A program made the translations under genes and the position numbers. Below are positions 15,285 to 19,512 of a stretch of DNA of 19,512 nucleotides, piece by piece (position 1 is the first letter of the stretch; each line of letters opens with the position of its first letter). The stretch lies in NCBI GenBank assembly GCA_019057375.1, contig DXJF01000060.1, positions 1 to 19,512 of the forward strand. The letters run 5' to 3'. The DNA is from Candidatus Heimdallarchaeota archaeon. GTDB lineage: Archaea > Asgardarchaeota > Heimdallarchaeia > Heimdallarchaeales > Heimdallarchaeaceae. The notes below the pieces were generated by a model, which was not told the origin of the DNA, searched no databases, and saw nothing but the letters and a program-made list of their open reading frames with translations.

Positions 15285-15911
15285 CTATTCTACATCTATT
15301 TTATGTCCTTCATCTTCCTTTGCGTCTTTCTTTCTCTTAATGATGACTTCCAAAACTCCGTTCTTGTATTTTGCTTTAGCAGTTGATATACTTACGGGAG
15401 CAGGAAGACTTACTGCCTTCTCGTATTTCCTTGATTCAGAATGAGCTATGATTCTGAGTGTTTCTTCAGTTCCTGTCAGACTTATGTCTCCTTTATTAAT
15501 TCCTGGAACTTCTGCAATAACTCTTACTAAATCTTTTTCTTTAAAAACATCTATCAAAGGTTCTCTAGTCTCTGAAGTTTCAAGATCTCCATACGCTTTG
15601 GGTTTAAGATTTCCAAATTGATTGAAGTTTGGTTTTCCATCTTCATCTACTCCAATTTTAAAACCATAAACAAAAGGATTGTTTGACATATTTTCTAACA
15701 TACTTGGATCCAATCCACCCTCAAAATTATTCATAAGATTCTTCAACATTTCATCAATCATTTTCCCAAATGAAGAACCTTTCATGAAGGGAATGAACTC
15801 TTCCATGATTTTATTCATATCAAATTCATCGCTTCCAAAGAAATCAAATGGATTTTTATAATCATCAGGAGTTTTCTTTTTCTTTTTCTTATCGTTATCC
15901 TCTGGATTCAT
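15285..15911 (-). CDS. hsp20: Archaeal small heat-shock protein Hsp20 (long N-terminal type)
   Basis: PFVYGF.I.V.EDGKP.F.QFGN, REPLIDVF, VIAEVPGINK.DI, KYEK.V.LP, AKAKYKNGVLEV: alpha-crystallin domain. Confidence 0.93.
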   Translation of the reverse strand: MNPEDNDKKKKKKTPDDYKNPFDFFGSDEFDMNKIMEEFIPFMKGSSFGKMIDEMLKNLMNNFEGGLDPSMLENMSNNPFVYGFKIGVDEDGKPNFNQFGNLKPKAYGDLETSETREPLIDVFKEKDLVRVIAEVPGINKGDISLTGTEETLRIIAHSESRKYEKAVSLPAPVSISTAKAKYKNGVLEVIIKRKKDAKEDEGHKIDVE

Positions 15912-15949
15912 GATAAACCAACACCTAATCTTCGAGAAAAAGTAGATAT

Positions 15950-15966
15950 CTTTGTATATAAATACA
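15950..15966 (-). promoter_or_regulatory. Putative TATA box of hsp20
   Basis: TTTATATA on the minus strand at 15955-15962, about 43 nt upstream of the ATG. SD-like AGGTG at 15921-15925. Confidence 0.5.
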
Positions 15967-15971
15967 CTTAT

Positions 15972-16009
15972 TTGAAGAAAAATAAAATAAAAAAAGACTA
16001 TATAGTCTT
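15972..16009 (-). terminator. Terminator after the pilus ATPase: perfect 16-bp palindrome plus U-tracts
   Basis: One nt after the TAA: AAGACTATATAGTCTT (15994-16009, self-complementary), continuing into TTTTTATTTTATTTTTC on the coding strand. Confidence 0.6.
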
Positions 16010-16010
16010 C

Positions 16011-17546
16011 TTATGCTTTGAGACCCTTTCTTGCTTTTTCAAGAGTTCTATCTGGGTCAGAATTATATTCTTGGATAACGGAAGCTACATCTTCGAAGTA
16101 ACGAATTCTCTTTTTGACCATCCATCTTAAGATGGTTTTTCTTCTATCGAGTTCGTCAAGGATTTCTTGTTCAGTTAATCCGGTATTTTCCATGATTTTT
16201 TCTAATACATAACTTCTTCCGAAGTAAATGAATGTATCATCCTTTGGATTCCATTGATAGAGTTTGTTTGTTAGAATTTCTTCAGTAACTGGATCTAAAC
16301 CTATCAATTCAGTAACTGATTGAGTACGACGTGCGAATTTGGATTGTAATCTTACTTTTCTTATAACATGAATCAAATCTAATGATTTCATCATTGATCT
16401 TGGAATATTCATTGGTTTGCTTTCTAATCTGTGAATTACTCCTTCCACAGAATCACCATGGATAGTACCTAAACCTCTATGACCTGTACTCATCGCTTGA
16501 AACATTGCGTAGGCTTCATCTCCTCTGATTTCACCCACAATAATATAATCTGGTCTTTGTCTCATTGCTGCACGAACTAATTCAAACATCGAGATTTGTC
16601 CTCTTCTGTATCCCGTTTCGGTTGTTTCTCCAAAACCAGAACGAACAACGCTTGGAATCCAGTTTTCATGGGCTAAATTCAATTCTGCTGTGTCTTCAAT
16701 TGTAACTACCTTCAAATCAGGTTTAATCATCATAGCAATAGTATTCAACAAAGTGGTTTTTCCTGCTGCAGTACCACCAGCAATCATTGTACTAATATTA
16801 TGTTCCATTGTAAACCAATAATAAGCTGCAATATCTTGATCTATTGTGTTGTAAAGAATTAAGTCTGTAATTGTGAAAGGATCTGCTTTGAATTTTCTTG
16901 CAGTAAATGTAGATCCTCGTTGAGTTACCTCTTTTCCATAGGTTAGTTGTATTCTGCTTCCATCAGGTAAAGATGCATCTAACAGGGGATTTGCAATGCT
17001 TATATGTCTGTTTGCACGTTGAGCTAGTTTTATGATAAAACTATCTAACTCTTCATCTGTATCAAATGAGATGTTGGTTGCAATAGATTCATATTTTCTG
17101 TGCCAAACATAAATTGGGATACCAGTTCCATCACAAGAAATATCTTCTATGTTAGGATCAAGCATAAATGGTTGAATCATCCCATATCCAATTAAATCTC
17201 GTGTAAGGTAATACATTATCTTCTCAAATTGTGATTCATTCAACGAAACACGATAACGTTTAATGATATCAACTATTTTCTTCTTCAGAAATTCTTCAGC
17301 CTTTTCAGTTGATTTTAATACAGTAAAATCAACGTCCAATTCATCTACCATAATAGAGAATATTTTGTTATAAATAGCAGTTTCCTTACTATCAAGAGGG
17401 ATTTCTACTATCATATATTGTGTTCTCTTGGTTGTAGGATCAGTTTGAATTAAAACATATGAAAATGGAGGGCTTACTGGATATGTCTCTTCAAGAATCG
17501 GAACTGTTGCTGTATCAACAAAGGCTTCACCAGTATCATCTTGCAT
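16011..17546 (-). CDS. Type II/IV secretion system ATPase (PilB/FlaI/CpaF-VirB11 family), pilus assembly motor
   Basis: DPNIEDISCDG, DASLPDGSRIQ, FTARKF, Walker A GGTAAGKTT, Asp box TIEDTAEL, Walker B RQRPDYIIVGEIRG, His box TGH.GLGTIHG. Confidence 0.95.
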   Translation of the reverse strand: MQDDTGEAFVDTATVPILEETYPVSPPFSYVLIQTDPTTKRTQYMIVEIPLDSKETAIYNKIFSIMVDELDVDFTVLKSTEKAEEFLKKKIVDIIKRYRVSLNESQFEKIMYYLTRDLIGYGMIQPFMLDPNIEDISCDGTGIPIYVWHRKYESIATNISFDTDEELDSFIIKLAQRANRHISIANPLLDASLPDGSRIQLTYGKEVTQRGSTFTARKFKADPFTITDLILYNTIDQDIAAYYWFTMEHNISTMIAGGTAAGKTTLLNTIAMMIKPDLKVVTIEDTAELNLAHENWIPSVVRSGFGETTETGYRRGQISMFELVRAAMRQRPDYIIVGEIRGDEAYAMFQAMSTGHRGLGTIHGDSVEGVIHRLESKPMNIPRSMMKSLDLIHVIRKVRLQSKFARRTQSVTELIGLDPVTEEILTNKLYQWNPKDDTFIYFGRSYVLEKIMENTGLTEQEILDELDRRKTILRWMVKKRIRYFEDVASVIQEYNSDPDRTLEKARKGLKA

Positions 17547-17622
17547 GAATTAATTATATGTACTACTCTTTTTAAAGTTATTTTTCATATTAGGTGAAAA
17601 ATATAGGAAATAGCAAGAAAAA

Positions 17623-18087
17623 CTAATCAACTAGAGATATGTTGATATCTGCTCCATCATACACGTAGATAATTGTCGGTGATGAATTCAAGCTTGATAT
17701 TGTTCCAGATATGGTTAAAACACTAGGATCAATAAACAATGATACAGTAACAAAAATATCCTCATTTTTTATTACAGTTGCTTTAAGTGAGTAAGTGTTC
17801 TCTGAAGATACTACCTCTATTTCATAAGCTTCATTTTGGATTTCTTGAGGCAGCGTTAATGGCCGTTGCATGTTAATAGAAATGGCTCCTAGGTTAATCT
17901 GGTTCTGACCTTCGTTTAATAAATTGTGAATCGTTTCTGCCATATTTTGTAATATATTTTCCATATTCGTTTTAAGAGCTGTTTCTTCCATTGTATTATT
18001 TATAGCAATCATTGTAACTGCTATACCTGCTATAGCAAGTGTTCCAACAAGAAGAATGGATAGGTACATGATATATTCGCTTGGCAT
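17623..18087 (-). CDS. Pilin-like membrane-anchored protein lacking a basic leader
   Basis: MPSEYIMYLSILLVGTLAIAGIAVTMIAI: hydrophobic N-terminal helix, then an amphipathic helix and a beta-rich C-terminus. SD GGAG precedes the ATG and an in-frame stop lies just upstream, so no leader can be added. It lies between a pilin gene and the ATPase. Confidence 0.65.
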   Translation of the reverse strand: MPSEYIMYLSILLVGTLAIAGIAVTMIAINNTMEETALKTNMENILQNMAETIHNLLNEGQNQINLGAISINMQRPLTLPQEIQNEAYEIEVVSSENTYSLKATVIKNEDIFVTVSLFIDPSVLTISGTISSLNSSPTIIYVYDGADINISLVD

Positions 18088-18097
18088 AAAACTCTCC

Positions 18098-18958
18098 TTA
18101 ACTTAATGATACATTTATTATTATATTAATTAGGTTTGCGACAATCTTATGTGCTAAATAACTTGGATTTGCTGGGAAATATATTGGATACTCATTTAGT
18201 TGATATCTATATTGGTTTATCAAGGTTATTTCACCTTGCAAATCATTACTATATTCAATCTCCCCTAAATATTGTGTTTCTGTTCCTGCATAGGTTAGTT
18301 GGATATTGACATATTTCTGAGTGTCGCTAAATAATGAGATAGAATCATCTTGAACAAACTTCACATTAATAATGTCCATGTAGTAGATTTCCTCAATACC
18401 TGAAACCACATATTCGGTAGATAGAGTATATCTATAATAGAGTGCTAATTCTAGAAATGAAGGTTCATATACAGCTCTTGAGGTGTTTACAACTGCTATG
18501 TCATTGTAGATTGTACTACTTCCATTGAGAAACAGATAGTCTTGATTTTGAGGACCAACTATATATCTATGCTCTCCTTCGTCGTAATCTCCAACAGCAG
18601 TACTACGATGAATGATTCTCGTAACATTATCTTGTAAAACCAAAATGTTTTGAGCTCCTAAAATATCTTTCAGAATGAATGTAAAAGCCCAATCTTCAAC
18701 AAAGTGTATAGTTCCTTCTTCTTGTACATATAGGAAGTCTGAACTTGCAGGAGGAAGATTTTGAATTAGATCTTGTATAGTGGCATCTAGAGCTATGAAA
18801 TACAGGTTACTGCTATTATTGTAGCTTTTATCTTTGAACTGGCTAATGCTGGGCATCATGTAGACAAGAGAAATCCCTATTGCAGCAGTTATTAGAGCAA
18901 ACATCAATACAACTGATATTATTGGAGATAATGCTCTTCGATTCATTCTGAATTTCAT
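18098..18958 (-). CDS. Type IV pilin-like protein (class III signal peptide, archaellin/pilin-type N-terminus)
   Basis: MKFRMNRRA|LSPIISVVLMFALITAAIGISL matches the RA|(L/V)SP(I/V)I..VL(M/L) archaeal pilin N-terminus. Confidence 0.82.
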   Translation of the reverse strand: MKFRMNRRALSPIISVVLMFALITAAIGISLVYMMPSISQFKDKSYNNSSNLYFIALDATIQDLIQNLPPASSDFLYVQEEGTIHFVEDWAFTFILKDILGAQNILVLQDNVTRIIHRSTAVGDYDEGEHRYIVGPQNQDYLFLNGSSTIYNDIAVVNTSRAVYEPSFLELALYYRYTLSTEYVVSGIEEIYYMDIINVKFVQDDSISLFSDTQKYVNIQLTYAGTETQYLGEIEYSNDLQGEITLINQYRYQLNEYPIYFPANPSYLAHKIVANLINIIINVSLS

Positions 18959-19254
18959 TGTATGGGACTAATATAACTTGCATAAATTAAAGTTTATCGG
19001 AATTCCCCACCATAGTTATACAAATGTTTTGTGTAAGGCACGATTTTTGTCCATAGTATTTTTAATTTATTTAAAACCAATCTCGTTTCTGTAATTTTCG
19101 CGTATTATTTTTGTCGGATTTATACGCTACTTAGAGAGGTTGAACTCTTGTATAGATGAATGTTGTAAAGGCTTAAATATCATTTCGAATCCTTTATTAT
19201 ACTTACTTGTAGTTTCGATTTTGTAAAATCATGCAACAAGTCAAAAAACTCGTC

Positions 19255-19270
19255 GGGGTTTATAAACCAA
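19255..19270 (+). promoter_or_regulatory. Putative TATA box of the ribonucleotide reductase gene
   Basis: TTTATAAA at about 19259-19266, about 34 nt upstream of the GTG start. SD AGGGGT lies just before the start. Confidence 0.45.
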
Positions 19271-19299
19271 AGTAAAAATACACTAAGAAAGGGGTTATT

Positions 19300-19512
19300 G
19301 TGACAGAAGTAATATTATCAAAAAACGCTCAAACTGTTCTTGAAAAAAGATATCTTCTTAGAGATGAGAATAACAAAGTAATAGAGACACCTGAAGAGAT
19401 GTTCAATCGTGTTGCAAGTTCTATTTCTAGCTCGGAAGAGGAAAGGTTAGAATTTTTAGAATTGATGACATCACTAAGGTTTTTGCCAAATTCACCAACA
19501 CTTATGAATGCA
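19300..19512 (+). CDS. nrdJ: Partial (runs off the right edge) ribonucleotide reductase, probably adenosylcobalamin-dependent class II
   Basis: Hand translation from GTG at 19300: MTEVILSKNAQTVLEKRYLLRDENNKVIETPEEMFNRVASSISSSEEERLEFLELMTSLRFLPNSPTLMNA. LS.NA..VLEKRYL, ETPEEMF.RVA and FLPNSPTLMNA are RNR large-subunit signatures. No N-terminal ATP-cone is seen. Class assignment is inferred from the usual archaeal context. Confidence 0.88.
   Translation, partial: MTEVILSKNAQTVLEKRYLLRDENNKVIETPEEMFNRVASSISSSEEERLEFLELMTSLRFLPNSPTLMNA

Noticed and set aside
10725-15861. ORFs 10725-10955, 12338-12553, 12793-12981, 14507-14728, 15244-15444 and 15679-15861
   Set aside because: Each overlaps a well-supported gene on the opposite strand and has no recognisable features.
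15994-16009. Palindrome as an NrdR-box-like operator for the ribonucleotide reductase gene
   Set aside because: The core differs from the NrdR consensus, it is more than 3 kb from the RNR start, and its position after a stop codon with U-tracts fits a terminator better.
10690-18958. Archaellum operon
   Set aside because: There is no FlaH/FlaF/FlaG or chemotaxis gene and no clear archaellin cassette, and there are two separate platform genes instead of one FlaJ.
18959-19299. Hidden small gene, ncRNA or cobalamin riboswitch in the 341-bp gap before the RNR gene
   Set aside because: Only ORFs of 14 codons or fewer were found, and I could not identify a B12-box or stable multi-stem structure by eye. 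An Infernal/Rfam scan would be decisive.

Overview
AT-rich, densely coding archaeal DNA. The gene mix (archaeal RadA, archaeal-type GluRS, DGGGP synthase-like UbiA, together with a Rab-like GTPase, a gelsolin-domain protein and a RING-finger protein) points to an Asgard archaeon; this is inferred from gene content. The left half holds housekeeping genes plus several oddities: a TrpF-fold protein that has lost its catalytic residues, a GluRS with non-canonical signature motifs, a membrane-anchored RING protein, a coiled-coil/winged-helix protein behind radA, and a 55-aa gene missed by the ORF track. The right half is a type IV pilus (Tad/Pil-like) locus split into two convergent arms around an hsp20 gene: two TadC/PilC-type membrane proteins, a coiled-coil protein and three pilin-like genes on +, and two pilin-like genes and the assembly ATPase on -. 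It sits directly beside a tail-to-tail Rab-like GTPase/gelsolin pair. Both ends carry partial genes that the ORF track omits: a flavoprotein-like gene on the left and a ribonucleotide reductase on the right. I saw no rRNA, tRNA, CRISPR array or mobile element. All family calls are from motif recognition by eye, with no database searches.
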